From contig OX597824.1 of assembly GCA_951406725.2 (NCBI GenBank), positions 94,488,001 through 94,552,000 of the forward strand: a stretch of 64,000 nt of DNA, given 5' to 3'. Numbering within the stretch: the stretch's first letter is position 1; every line of letters begins with the position of its first letter. A program made the translations under genes and the position numbers. The DNA comes from Octopus vulgaris. Lineage: Eukaryota. Shown in pieces: positions 1-12,425 of the stretch. The notes beneath the pieces were generated by a model. It searched no databases. It was not told where the DNA came from and saw only the letters and a list, made by a program, of their open reading frames with translations.

Positions 1-37
1 TATAAAACAAGGGTAAACCACTCGTTTACCCCCACCC

Positions 38-328
38 ATCATAGAGATCAGCTGCCCCGCAGATATAAATATATCTATGAAAATCAAAGACAAAGAGAAT
101 ATCTATGGATAAACGTTTCGAAACTTCCAGCTTCTATATCCAGACTATGAATTCATATTCATACCAGTAATAATTGGAGCACTAGGTTTTGTTAGTAAAT
201 GCTTAAACCAGAATCTGGATAAACTGAGATTTTCAGAAAGAGAAATCGACCGGCTAATTCATACATTAGTGCAATCTGTGAGTGGAACAGTAAAAATATG
301 CAAGACTTTTCTCAAGTTCCAAATGTGA
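38..328 (+). mobile_element. C-terminal restriction-like endonuclease region of an R4/Dong-type non-LTR retrotransposon (decayed)
   Basis: Manual translation gives IIEISCPADINISMKIKDKENIYG*TFRNFQLLYPDYEFIFIPVIIGALGFVSKCLNQNLDKL...KICKTFLKFQM*. This matches the (I/V)IE/D..P...K..K...Y and P(V)IIGALG motifs of RLE-LINE C-termini. There is one internal stop. Confidence 0.75.
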
Positions 329-1329
329 ATTTCTCTGTGTTAACTACATCCCAAAGATGAACCTTGTGTCTTTGTTTGGAAAAGGGCTCCCTCGTCAGTG
401 GGAGATATATAATAATTAAAAGAATAGAAGAGACATACATACATGGTGGATGTCTACCCCTTGACCGAGGAAGCGCATCACTGGCCATTGCCCATGCAAA
501 ATATCAGCAACGCCCTTGCACGAGTTATCACACCCGCTGTCAGCTTCACCCAGGTTCGCATCTGTTGCTTCCATGCTTGTCGCGGAGCCCTCCTACTCGA
601 TTAGACATCGGAAAGTCACCGAACCAGCAATTGCGCAACCTCAATTTTTAGGCCCAATAAGGCTTGCATGGCACCTCATAGACCATCTTCACCCCATTGG
701 TATGATCCAAAGGCAAGCCAAGGCCAGATATCCAGCGTCGATATGGGTCTCAGGCTCAGCAATGAGAAGAGAATAAAAATGATATTGTGTGCTCCTCTGC
801 TTTGAGTGGCAGTTATGTATAAAACTGCCTTATGTAGCAAATATATAAACAGGGCAAATTTAGTTGTTTCTTCATGGACTGAAAAAAACTTATGAACAGC
901 ATAAATCGATGTTTCTAGTCTTATTGGATTCTCATCAGTGTCTGCATCAATTTAACCAATACCAGAGAAACAAGCAGCCAATCTGTTTATATGCTCATAT
1001 GCATACACACACAGACCTATTGCAACAGCCCTTTTAGATGTATTTTGTGTGACCTCAGTGTATTTATATTCACAAACTTTGCAGGCTTAGTTTTCCATTG
1101 ACCACATATTTTGAGAATAGTAAAAGAAGTCAACAGTCATATTGTTTAGTTTCAGAGCTGTACAGGGAAATGTCATGACATACTGCTTGTTATACACACT
1201 GCATATAGCTGTTTCTCCAATTGGCATGATGCAGTCGATAGAACTGAGCCTAGTACATAACTGGTATCTATTACAATGACTCCAAAAGGATGCAAAGCAG
1301 AAACACTTACCTCTTCAACAGTTGCAAAT

Positions 1330-1733
1330 TCTTTTTCTTTCCTACTCTAGGCACAAGGCCCGAAATTTTGGGGGAGGGTGGGGGCAGTCAATTAGATCGA
1401 CCCCAGGACGCAACTGGTACTCAATTCATCAACCCCGAAAGGATGAAAGGTAAAGTCGACCTTGGCGGAATTTTGAACTCAGAACATAAAGACAGATGAA
1501 ATACCTATTTCTTTACTACCCACAAGGGGTTAAACATAGAGGGGACAAACAAGGACAGACAAACGAATTAAGTCGATTATATCGACCCCAGTGCATAACT
1601 GGTACTTATTTAATCGACCCCAAAAGGATGAAAGGCAAAGTCGACCTTAGCGGAATTTGAACTCAGAACGTAACGGCAGACGAAATACCGCTAAGCATTT
1701 CGCCCGGCGTGCTAATGTTTCTGCCAACTTGCC
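1330..1733 (-). mobile_element. tRNA-derived SINE family A, dimeric copy
   Basis: Minus strand reads TGGCAGAAACATTAGCACGCCGGGCGAAATGC...GAGTTCAAATTCCGC (A/B-box-like), then the core GACTTTGCCTTTCATCCTTT. The body is repeated twice. Confidence 0.85.
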
Positions 1734-2220
1734 ATTTTGACCAGTTTCAAATTTTGGCACAAGGCCAGCAATTTCAGAAGAAAAGATAAGTCAGTTATAT
1801 CGACCCCATCACTTGACTGGTACTTTATCAACCCCCAAAAAAGGGACAAAAGGCAAAGTTGGCCCCAGTGACATTTTGAACTCAGACTGTAATAATAATA
1901 ACAATTCCTTTATTCAGACAAGGATGATGAATGGGGGTACATTACAAAAATGGATGAGAAAACAACAGGGTTTTACATGGAATGAGAGGCAGGGACCTGA
2001 TGAAATAACATGCAATATACAAACAATGGTTGTCTCCATGGCAACTGTGTCCAATCAAGGAATTCTACTTGTCTAAGAATTCCTACCAATTATCAAAGGC
2101 GAATGCCCCCTCTTTCAGTTGCCGTTTCTGTCCTTCAAAGGGCCAAATGTTCAGTGAGGGCCCATAACACTAGGCCACACTAACCTGTTGTGATTTTCGT
2201 TTGGGCTTTTGTAATTTAGG

Positions 2221-2335
2221 TTCTATATTTAAGAGATGAGGAATTATGTACATTATTTACATTATTTACACTATTTACATTTGACAAGCAAGATGAGGAC
2301 AAATATCCGTCAAATGTAAATAATGTAAATAATGT
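2221..2335. mobile_element. Penelope-derived palindromic element (same family as 39472-39939)
   Basis: Shares TTCTATATTTAAGAGATGAGGAATTATGTACATT and GATGAGGACAAATATCCGTCAAATGTAAA with the 39.5-39.9 kb copy. Flanked by the direct repeat TTTTGTAATT. Confidence 0.6.
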
Positions 2336-2711
2336 TTTGTAATTGTAATTGTGATAGTGGGTAGCTGTTGGTAGGTTCTTTGGTTCCTCTCCCTCTCGCT
2401 CTCCCTCCCACCACAAGTCAAGTTTTGCAGGTCATGAGGACACCATGATCTACAACCCCACCACTCCACCCCCTCCGACACCTTTGGAGGGGGTGGCGTG
2501 GGGGGTGGTAAGCTGTTGGAGTTAAGTAAAAACATAGATGTGTTTGTGTGTGTGTAATGTTCATGCTGGGACCATTTTAAAGGAGAGGACATACCAGTAA
2601 GGTTTCTTGGGTCTATGATGGTTAAATCCTTTTAAAGGTATTCCAGCTATGGTTTAGTTAACAGTTGTTGTTGAATTTATTGTTGTAGTTGGTGCCGACA
2701 GCCAACATGGG

Positions 2712-2718
<7 letters not shown>

Positions 2719-2790
<72 letters not shown>
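2719..2790. repeat. (TC)n microsatellite
   Basis: Pure TC run seen directly. Confidence 0.95.
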
Positions 2791-2798
<8 letters not shown>

Positions 2799-2831
2799 AG
2801 CTGCAGGCTATGGGCTCCTTTAAAACTGACG

Positions 2832-3170
2832 TTACCCGCCATTCTGAACCTTCGGAAATATTACTTCCACTTCAACATCTAATTCGGGTCCAGTTGACAG
2901 AATTATCCGCTCGGGAAGATTTTCTAGTTCTTCTTGTGTGATCCTCATATGGAGTTCCATACCAAACCCCCAGATTGTTCGAGGGTATCGATTCAATTCC
3001 AGAATCTCCCCTCCTTCGGGCAACACTGCCGCCACTAACCACAAGATTTCAATTTCTGGTGGCACGTGCATCACCTTCACCTTCACCACCTGTTTTTCCA
3101 TGGCGCGAATACGAGAGCAGATTCCAAGAGCAATGGATGCCGCTTGGTAAAGCTGTTTAAACTCTTGCTG
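2832..3170 (-). mobile_element. Probable LINE ORF1 fragment
   Basis: The ORF reads as real protein (VKVKVMHVPPEIEILWLVAAVL...LENLPERIILSTGPELDVEVE) but has no host-gene match I recognise. It resembles the region before a LINE ORF1 zinc knuckle; the assignment is inference. Confidence 0.4.
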
Positions 3171-3903
3171 ACGATGATTGTTGTTGTTGTTGTTGTTGTT
3201 ATGTTGGTAGCGGTCAGTTGGATAGCGACTATTCAAGCAATCTTATCAGTCACACATTTATTTGTGGCAACTGTGATTGCATTGGAGCTGAGACCTTTAT
3301 CAATAATGTTTACTGCTATTAGTGATGGGGTTTTCTTTACCCGAAATTTCTGGAGTGCTAATGATATATGGTTTCTATACCAAAGACAAATAATAATAAT
3401 AATAATAATACTAGTAATATTAGTAATCTCATGCAGTGGCACGTGACCGCAACCTACCGCAGTGGCGTATATGCAATAAGTAGAGTCAAACTGAGTCCAG
3501 TACAATTGCTAATTATCCAATCAATCCTCTGACAAGAAAAGGCTATGTTAACCTCGGCAAGATTTTGACAGAGATTCAATAATTTCCAGTCAGAAACCAA
3601 ATTATTTTAAAAATATAATACTGACTTCTGCTGCAAGTATTTGCTTTTTTTGGGGTTGTTTTTTTTTTTAAACTTCAGAAACGGTTTATAAATTTCATGA
3701 TAAAATGTTTTGTCTGTATATCACAATATTGGAATGAAAGAAGAAAGCTCAGTGCAGAATTCTGTGCTGCAATACTAATAATACTGAAGTCACCACTGCA
3801 TAAATATCGGTGTCCTGCCAAAGCAAGCGGCATGTGCACGAGAACCAACAATTCCTTTTTTTCTCCGTTCTCTATCCAGCCGTCTATATACGTCCACTTT
3901 TTC

Positions 3904-3997
3904 TTATTTTCCGGCCTGTTTTCTCAACATATGATAGATACGCTCCTTTAACCAGCTTTGATTGTGAGGGATGTAGGTTTTTGTGCTTTTCTGAAAT
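3904..3997 (-). CDS. ERH: ERH last coding exon (exon 4)
   Basis: Acceptor TTTTATTTTGCAG| in phase 2. Encodes (V)FQKSTKTYIPHNQSWLKERIYHMLRKQAGK*, aligning to human [28 protein letters not shown]. Confidence 0.95.
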
Positions 3998-4157
3998 CTG
4001 CAAAATAAAAAAAAAAAGAGGAAAAATAACAACAACTAAATATAAAAGCAGAAAGAATTTGGATGAGTGATAACGAATTTTATACCATCATATTAACATT
4101 TTTGTTCTTTTTATACAAAAGAGTGATGGTCAGTTATGGAAACTTTTGTAACAATTA

Positions 4158-4514
4158 TCTCTATATATAAACGGCAAAATGTCTGTCTGTGTGTGTGTGT
4201 GCATGTCCTTTATACAAATCCACAATTTTTCAGTTAGAGGGCTCGCACTTCCTATGGTCATTCAAAACCATCCAAGGGTGGTCGTGCACATCTTTACATT
4301 TCCCCAGTCACCCCACAAAGCCATTAAAAAATCAATAGAAGTGACTTTTTGTGAATTTTCTATCCAAAACCCAATCAAAATGCCTGAAACTTGATACGCC
4401 AATTGAATGCCAGCTAGCTGTATGTGATTGGTTGGAGATTTGGACAGTACTCGTGTGTATGTGCACACGTACGCAGCTGTATATGCATGCACTAGCACTA
4501 TGACATAGTGCTAG
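4158..4514 (+). mobile_element. Non-autonomous Helitron-like element in ERH intron 3
   Basis: Starts A|TC followed by TCTATATATAAA and a TCTGTCTGTGTG tract. Ends in the perfect palindrome ACTAGCACTATG-A-CATAGTGCTAGT with CTAG|T, matching Helitron termini at an AT target. Confidence 0.6.
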
Positions 4515-5159
4515 TTATTTGATAAGGATTTTTGTAACCTGCCCTTCACATGCTTGTGAACATAACCAACCAGTCTCCCTCATCCACTACCCCCTATTCT
4601 CCCTTCTCCCCTTTTTGGACCCTGAATGTATGTTCTGATCCTTCCTCGCCACCATCTTTATCTCGCTGCTCCTAGCTACCCTTTTATAGAGTAGGGAAGT
4701 CATTGATCCCTCTACAACAAGACACTTCTGTCTGTCCATCTATTTAGCCCCTCAACGCCTGACATTAAGCCACCATCCCACTCAGTAGAGGGTGCTTTTA
4801 TATCTTGCAAGTTATGTGGTGACCTCACCAATGCTCCCTCGTGTAGAAAGCACCCAGTACATTCTGTAAAGGGGTTGATGTTAGGAGAGGGATCCAGCCT
4901 TAGAAATCCTACCAAAACAGACATTTTGGAGCTCAAGACCGTTCTCTCAGTAAATCATCATCGTTTAACGTCCACTTCCCATGCTGGCATGGGTTGGATG
5001 GTTCTACTGAGGACCGGCAAGCCAGGAGGTTGCAACGGGCTCCAAACTGATTTTGGCAAGGTTTCTACAGCGGCCGTATATCACAGCCAGTGAGGCGCGA
5101 CGAATGCATGGTGTCACCACCACCACCCCCACTACATCCACCATCACCACAACCACTAG

Positions 5160-5392
5160 CTATTTCTTTACTACCCACAAGGGGCTAAACACAGAGATGA
5201 CAAACAAGGACAGACAAACGGATTAAGTCGATTACATCGACCCCAGTGCGTAACTGGTACTTATTTAATCGACCCCGAAAGGATGAAAGGCAAAGTCGAC
5301 CTCGGCGGAATTTGAACTCAGAACGTAGCGGCAGGCGAAATACCGCTACGCATTTCGCCCGTTGTGCTAACGTTTCTGCCAGCTCGCTGCCC
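5160..5392 (-). mobile_element. SINE family A, monomer
   Basis: Full head, core and tail are present; CACCACAACCACTA occurs on both flanks. Confidence 0.85.
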
Positions 5393-6093
5393 TCCACCAC
5401 AACCACTACCACAATTGAACATGCGTCGGCAAGGATACGGCGGGGCAGTAATGTGTCGTGTGCAAACTCACCCTATAAAAGACGACGGCGAAATTTGAAG
5501 AGTTGCCTTCCTTGGAAAATAATGGTTATCAAAGTTATCTCCCTTAGATTTAACGGTTGCACTTAATCGAAAGAAATTCTTCGTGGTCGTTCGATCAGCT
5601 GAAGATAACATCTTTCGAACGCTTTCAGTTTGGACCTCCAAAGGTGCCAGCCTTGTCACATTGTGTATCAATGCTGAATCTCCTCGAGAACAATGTTAAG
5701 GATATGTGTGTCTGCTCATCACGGTTATTTGACGAGCAAGCCGTTCTGTGGATCGGATCGACTGGAATACACATCGACAGCCGTTCAAGATTTTGAACCT
5801 GGAGATCTCCATTTCCAGCGACTTCGAGGGCCACCTCCCAGTGGTGTCGGGCGTCAACGAAGAGCCCTCGACTACAACAAGACGACCAAAGTGTTTTTTT
5901 GTTTTTTTTACCCCAAGGTCTGGATTCTCCCGCCCCGAAGCCCTAGACCATCACCTAATCACCCTTACCTGTCTTGTTGCTTAACAACAACAATACACAT
6001 CATAATAACCGACGAGTGAGTTATGTGCACACATACATACACACACACACGTGTGTCTGTGTGTGTATGTGTACACCCACCCACACGCACACA

Positions 6094-6311
6094 CGAAGGG
6101 CTGCTGAAAAGTTCCCGGTCTTGGGTGAAAGAGAATACAGGAGGATCAGTTAATTATGATTCTATTTTAACATATTCCCCTCTCAGATTCACACAATTAC
6201 TGCAGTGGTCCTTCAGTTTTTATAAGCCCTTTGAAAGTACTCAGAAGGTTGGGCTTCCAACCAGGCCTTTCGCGACACCCTAACAGCCAGGAACTTTTCA
6301 GGACACCCTCA
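6094..6311. mobile_element. Mariner-type MITE
   Basis: Imperfect TIRs CGAAGGGCTGCTGAAAAGTTCCCGG ... CCAGGAACTTTTCAGGACACCCTC. Confidence 0.65.
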
Positions 6312-6966
6312 TGTGTATGTGTGTGTGTATGTGTGTACAACCGATGGCAGAATGGAAGGTGGACGTTAAACGATGATATATATATAAATATGGTGGGGCA
6401 ATATATGCATAAAGAAGAACATGAGATAGAAAGAATCCTTTTGGTACTTCATTCAGGAAATTACGAATATTTTTGTGCCAAGGCACTACTCTCCATAGGT
6501 TAACCAAACTGATAGATAAGGAACTAGTTGGTCTGTTTTAAAGAATTCAGTATTCTATTTATAGATATGAAGCAAGGAATGGATTTGAAATGATGCTGTT
6601 GGTAGTCAAAATGACATTTTGGTTATTTTTTGATCTTCTTCTTCTTCTTCATGGCCAAAGAGAAATGTTCGGCCATATTGTTAGGTCTTTCCAAGTTAGA
6701 CCCCTGCTTACTTACTATGAGCACACAGCCCTCATCCTGACCCTGTTCTTGATGCTGTTGTGCATTTGAGGGCACCAAAAATTTTAGCAACAAAATAATG
6801 GCAGTACTTCCAATTGTCTATTTTGGTTTGTCGTTTAGCCCCAACCCCCGCACACACACCCTAAGTCCTCTTTTTATGATTGAAAGGGTGTGAAATGAGG
6901 AAAATTTGACTTGTTTCTAAAAAGGGTGAGCAACAGCAGAGAGACCCTCTTATATGATTCACAATA

Positions 6967-7300
6967 TCATCATCATCATCATCATCATCATCGTTTAACG
7001 TCCGTTCTCCATGCTAGCATGGGTTGGACGGTTCGACCGGGGATCTGGGAAGCCAGAAGGCTGCATCAGGATCCAGTCTTATCTGGCAATGTTTCTACAG
7101 CTGGATGCCCTTCCTAACGCCAACCACTCCGTGAGTGTAGTGGGTGCTTTTTACATGCCACCGGCACAGGTGCCAGGCGAGGCTGGCAACGGCCACGGTC
7201 GGATTGGTGTATTTTATGTGCCACCGGCACAGAAGCCAGTCGAGGCGGTGCTGGCATCGGCCACAAGTCGGATAGTGCTTTTTACGTACCACCAGACCAG
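6967..7300 (-). mobile_element. 5'-truncated RTE-type LINE 3' end with (GAT)n tail
   Basis: Contains CATCATCGTTTAACGTCCG...CTGGATGCCCTTCCTAACGCCAACCACTCC and tandem GTGCCACCGGCAC units. More than 15 related copies occur in the window. Confidence 0.8.
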
Positions 7301-7684
7301 GGATCCTGGCTGGTTCAATTCGATTTCGCCTTCGCTTGCCCCAACATGTCTTCGCAAGCAAAGGGGGGTTGGCATAAGTAATTAAAGTTATGTGTTGTGT
7401 AGGGGGAAGGGTTGTGCTTCTACCTTTTCAATGCTCTTACCATTTTCGCTTGTTTCAGTCACTGGACTGCGTCCATGCTGGAGCACAACCTTGACGGGTT
7501 TTAGTCGAACAAATCAACCCTGGCAATTTTTTTATTTTTTTTAAGTTAGCTATTTATTACTCGATCAGTCTATTTTGCCAAACTGCTAATTTACTGGGAT
7601 ATAACCAAACCAACACTGGTCGTCAAACAGTGTAGGCACACACACACACACACACACAAACAAACGATGGGCTTCTTTCAGTTT

Positions 7685-8098
7685 CTTATTTCATTACTGC
7701 CCACAGGAGACTACACACAGTGGGGACAAACAAGGACAGACAGACGGATTAAGTCGATTATATTGACCCCAGTGCATAACCGGTACTTATTTAATCGACC
7801 CCGAAAGGATGAAAGGCAAAGTCGACCTCAGCAGAATTTGAACTCGGAACATAGCGGCAAACGAAATACCTATTTCTTTACTACCCACAAGGGGCTAAAC
7901 ACAGAGAGGACAAACAAGGACAAACGGATTAAGTCGATTATATCGACCCCAGTGCGTAACTGGTACTTATTTAATCGACCCCGAAAGGATGATAGGCAAA
8001 GTCGACCTCGGCGGAATTTGAACTCAGAACGTAAAGACAGACGAAATACCGCTTAACATTTCGACCGGCGTGCTAACGTTTCTGCCAGCTCGCCGCCT
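7685..8098 (-). mobile_element. SINE family A dimer nested in a family B SINE (7445-8245)
   Basis: Family B sequence GGGCTTCTTTCAGTTT(C) is interrupted at ~7685 and resumes at ~8100 (TCTACCTAATCCAC...). Confidence 0.8.
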
Positions 8099-8899
8099 TT
8101 CTATCTACCTAATCCACCCACACGGCTTTAGTCGACCAGGGGCTATAATAGAAGAAAGTTGGCCAAGGTGCCATGCTGTGAGAATGAACCTATAACCATA
8201 CGGTTGAAAAGCAAACTGATAACCACACAGCCATGCAGGCGCCTAAATTCGGGAGTTGTCTACCTTGGTAAGTACATTCAAAGGAGTTGCTTCCCATTGA
8301 AAAAATAATTTCACAGCGAGAGTCGTTGCATAGAGCCAAGTCAGGCTTTAAAGAGACGTCCTCAAACTTTGGGTCACCGCCCCCCTCATGGCTATATAAT
8401 ACCCTCAATATAATACCATCCTTATTTTTATGTATAAATAAATATTTTATATTTTATTAATTTATATATAAATTGTGACCAACCACATGGTGTGTCTGTG
8501 TTTGTCCCCCTAGCATTGCTTGACAACCGATGCTGGTGTGTTTACGTCCCCGTCACTTAGCGGTTCGGCAAAAGCGACCGATAGAATAAGTACTGGGCAT
8601 ACAAAAAGAATAAGTCCTGGGGTCGAGATGCTCGATTAAAAAGGCAGTGCTCCAGCATGGTCGACGTCAAATGACTGAAAACAAGTAAAAGAGTAAAAGA
8701 GAATATATAATTTTATGATCATCATCATCAACGTCCGTTTTCCATGCTAGCATGGGTTGGACGATTTGACTGAGGGCTGGCAAACCAGATGGCTGCACCA
8801 GGTTCCAATCTAATCTGGCAGAGTTTCTACAGCTGGATGCCCTTCCTAACACCAAATAATATTATAAATTCATAGCGTTCCCAATTCACTGCCTTCTTC

Positions 8900-9210
8900 T
8901 TTTACTCTTTTACTTGTTTCAGTCATTTGACTGCGGCCATGCTAGAGCACCGCCTTTAGTCGAGCAAATCAACCCTGGGACTTATTCTTTGTAAGCCCAG
9001 TACTTATTCTATTGGTCTCTTTTGCCGAACCGCTAAGTGACGGGGACGTAAACACACCAGCATCGGTTGTCAAGCAATGCTAGGGGGAAAAACACAGACA
9101 CCCAAACATACACACACACATATGTATATATACATATATACGACGGGCTTCTTTTAGTTTCTATCTACCAAATCCACTCACAAGGCTTTGGTCGGCCCGA
9201 GGCTATAGTA
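8900..9210 (-). mobile_element. tRNA/CORE-type SINE family B (partial)
   Basis: Has the tail TTTTACTCTTTTACTTGTTTCAGTCATTTGACTGCGGCCATG and an internal (CA/TA) microsatellite. Confidence 0.8.
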
Positions 9211-9479
9211 TACAACCTCATGAAACAGGTGTAGTCGATAACTTTGAACATGAATAGTAAGTATTAAATATAATATTCTATGACATGGTTGAATTTGTAT
9301 TCTGATTTGATGAATTTATGGGGGTTTCTGTCTCTAATGATACTTTGATATATATGTATTTATTTATTGAGAATAATTCAACTTAATATTCTTAACTTGA
9401 ATATCTCATCCCTGTGACACTGGAATTGATATTCCCTTATAATTTTATAAATATATATATATATATATATAATCAAAAT

Positions 9480-9800
9480 AAGCAACAAGGATATCCAAAG
9501 GTAGTGTAGTACAATCGTTTCATGCTACTTCATTTAATTAAACAATGTAAGTATTACATCAGCTTTAAAATGTCGAGCACTCTTCAGCCACTTATGAATT
9601 TTTTAAATTAAATTGCCAATGTTCATTTTTATACTTATTCCTTTTGCCAACATTACAAAGAGGGTAGGTATATAGACAGAGAGGCGAATATCATCAATAA
9701 AAACATGGTAGTAAATGATCTGTACTTCTATATGTGGCTGAAGAGTGCTCTTCATTTTAAAACCGATGTAATACTTACATTTAACGGTAAACAAAGGATA
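9480..9800. mobile_element. Penelope-like inverted-repeat relic
   Basis: AATGTAAGTATTACATCAGCTTTAAAATG..GAGCACTCTTCAGCCAC pairs with GTGGCTGAAGAGTGCTC..CATTTTAAAACCGATGTAATACTTACATT. A CTGAAGA...GAAAC core is present on the minus strand. Confidence 0.5.
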
Positions 9801-9839
9801 ATTCATTCATCCATTTACATATATATATATATACATATG

Positions 9840-9896
<57 letters not shown>

Positions 9897-10213
9897 ATAC
9901 ATATATATGTATATATAATAAAACTTTATATATAAAGAACGTGAAATACACGAATTGACGAACACGGAAAACAGACAGTCATTCGAATCCTTCATTCTTC
10001 AGTCAGAAACCGATTCATCATGGCAAATTTCGGCTGTTTAATTCTGAGATTTGCTCCAAAACGGCAAGCCCCCAAGGAAAAGCTAAGCTATGGGCATTAG
10101 ATTTCCTTGGTAGAAGGAAAGAATGTGACAACCGAGACGAATAGGAAAATAAGAGACGAAGATAAAATTGGAAACAGCAACGGTTAACAACAAGATGTAT
10201 ATACATATAAATG

Positions 10214-10270
<57 letters not shown>

Positions 10271-10319
10271 ATATATATATATGTATATACATATATATGT
10301 ATATACATATATATGTATA

Positions 10320-10352
<33 letters not shown>

Positions 10353-10605
10353 CCGCGCGTGAGCACTTGTTTCCTTCCTAATTCCTTAAATAACTGTTCT
10401 ATTGTATAATGGAGGAGTTCTCTCCCTTCTATTAAACTGGCTGCTGTGTTGGTTCATAAAATTCTTTGGAATATGGATTTATTACTTCTTGAGACTCAAC
10501 GAAATAAAACATGAACAAATTCAATTAGCTTCGACCTCTTCAGAATTCAAGAACTCGTCAAAAACACTGACAACTAATTTTCTTCCCAATGTTCTTATTT
10601 TCAAA

Positions 10606-10822
10606 GGTGGCAAGCTGGCAGAACCGTTAGCACACCGGGCGAAATGCTTAAGCAGTATTTCGTCTACCATTACATTCTGAGTTCAAATTCCGCCGAGGTT
10701 GACTTTTCCTTTTGTCCTTTCGGGATCGATAAATTAAGTACCAGTTGCGTACTGGAGCCGATCTAATCGACTGGCCCCTCTCCCCAAAAATTTCGGGCCT
10801 TGTGCCCAGAGTAGAATAGAAT
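10606..10822 (+). mobile_element. SINE family A (alternative tail)
   Basis: GGTGGCAAGCTGGCAGAACCGTTAGC...GAGTTCAAATTCC...GGGCCTTGTGCCCAGAGTAGAA. Confidence 0.85.
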
Positions 10823-10924
10823 ATTCTTAATTTCTACAGACTCGTACACTGATATTTGAATTTATCCCAGATTATGACAATTATGAGGACATGATAAATT
10901 GCCAAAATGATATAAAAGAATAAA

Positions 10925-11355
10925 GACCCCCTTTGGTCATGGATGCCCGTGGGATTGCACCTAGAAAGTTAACCACCAAGGCACAAGTCCGGGTAAAATT
11001 CTTTACAGAAGACCAGCAGTCGCCCATGCATACCAGCCTCCCTCTCTCCACGCCACCGATATTATCCAATTGAAAAGCAAAGGGGCCGATACAGCTTGGC
11101 ACCAGTGAAGTCGCAACTCATTTCTATAGCTGAGTGAACTGGAGCAACGTGAAATAAAGTGTCTTGCTCAAGAACACAACACACACCCCAGACATATAAA
11201 AGGCTCCCTTTAGTCATGAATGACCATGGGATTGCACCTAGAAAGTTCCCCTCCAAGGCACAAGTCTGGGCAAGGCTGTTTATAGAAGACCAGCAGTCAC
11301 CCTTGCATACCAATCTCCCTTCTTCACGCCACTGATTTTATCCATGGGAAAGGCC
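10925..11355 (-). mobile_element. tRNA-derived SINE family D, two adjacent partial copies
   Basis: GGGATTGCACCTAGAAAGTT...GACCAGCAGTCGCCCATGCATACC...GTGTCTTGCTCAAGAACACAAC; the family recurs at 12640-12750 and 59895-60440. Confidence 0.75.
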
Positions 11356-11430
11356 AAAACATTTATACTTTGCCTTCTGTGGAAATGAACTACCTTACTT
11401 CGATGATGATGATGGTGACCATTTATAACC

Positions 11431-12022
11431 TATTTCTTTACTACCCTCAAGGGGCTAAACACAGAGGGGACAAACAAGGACAGACAAACGGATTAAGTCA
11501 ATTATATCGACCCCAGTGCGTAACTGGTACTTATTTAATCAACCCTGAAAGGATGAAAGGCAAAGTCGGCCTCAGCAGAATTTGAACTCAGAACTTAGCG
11601 ACAGACAAAATACCTATTTCTTTACTACCCACAAGGGGCTAAACACAGAGAGGACAAACAAGGACAGACAAACGGATCAAGTCGATTATATCGACCCCAG
11701 TGCATAACTGGTGCTTATTTAATTGACCCCAAAAGGATGAAAGGCAAAGTCGACCTCGGCAGAATCTGAACTCAGAACATAGCGACGGGTGAAATACCTA
11801 TTTCTTTACTACCCACAAGGGGCTACACACAGAGAGGACAGACACACAGATTAAGTCGATTATATCGACCCCAGTGCGTAACTGGTACTTATTTAATTGG
11901 CCCCAAAAGGACGAAAAGCAAAGTCGACCTCGGCGGAATTTGAACTCAGATCATAGAGGCAGATGAACTACTGCTGAGCATTTCACCCAGCGTGCTAACG
12001 TTTCTGCCAGCTCGCCGCCTTA
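11431..12022 (-). mobile_element. SINE family A trimer with 15-bp target-site duplication
   Basis: One head plus three ~180-bp bodies. TGACCATTTATAACC is at 11416-11430 and 12023-12037. Confidence 0.9.
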
Positions 12023-12152
12023 TGACCATTTATAACCCTCATACGTTGCCTAGATAAACGTATACACATACACATGCACAAATGCCTGTACGCATGCATG
12101 CATTCATCCATACAGAGAGACGAACAGACAGATTCGATAGAAAGCTACTTAC

Positions 12153-12273
12153 ACGAGACAGCTGATGTCATTTAAGCGATCGATGAAGTCAAACAATTGG
12201 TTAATATCATAAATCACAGTGGGAGAGTTGGGGTTTTTCCGCTTCAAATGTTCCTCGTAAATTTTACAAACTC
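12153..12273 (-). CDS. ERH: ERH exon 3 (121 nt)
   Basis: Boundaries AAG| ... |GTAAGT. Encodes (G)[40 protein letters not shown], versus human [40 protein letters not shown]. Confidence 0.97.
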
Positions 12274-12425
12274 CTTTCAAAAGATTAAAAAAAAAAAAAA
12301 GAGAGAGAAAAAGAACAGGGATTCAGTTTTGTTTTGTATTTCTGAAACGAGACTAAATTGGAGAAAGAATTCGTAAATAACAATATTCAAAAGCAAAAAA
12401 AAAAAAAAAAAAGTCATTAACTAAC

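Noticed and set aside
440-780. GC-rich stretch with ORFs 364-651 and 516-776
   Set aside because: No host-gene motif. The minus strand has only a weak RTE-like 'RRAPRQAWK', too little to call.
10606-10700. tRNA genes at A/B-box motifs
   Set aside because: These are SINE heads followed by family-specific bodies and tails; no complete cloverleaf is evident.
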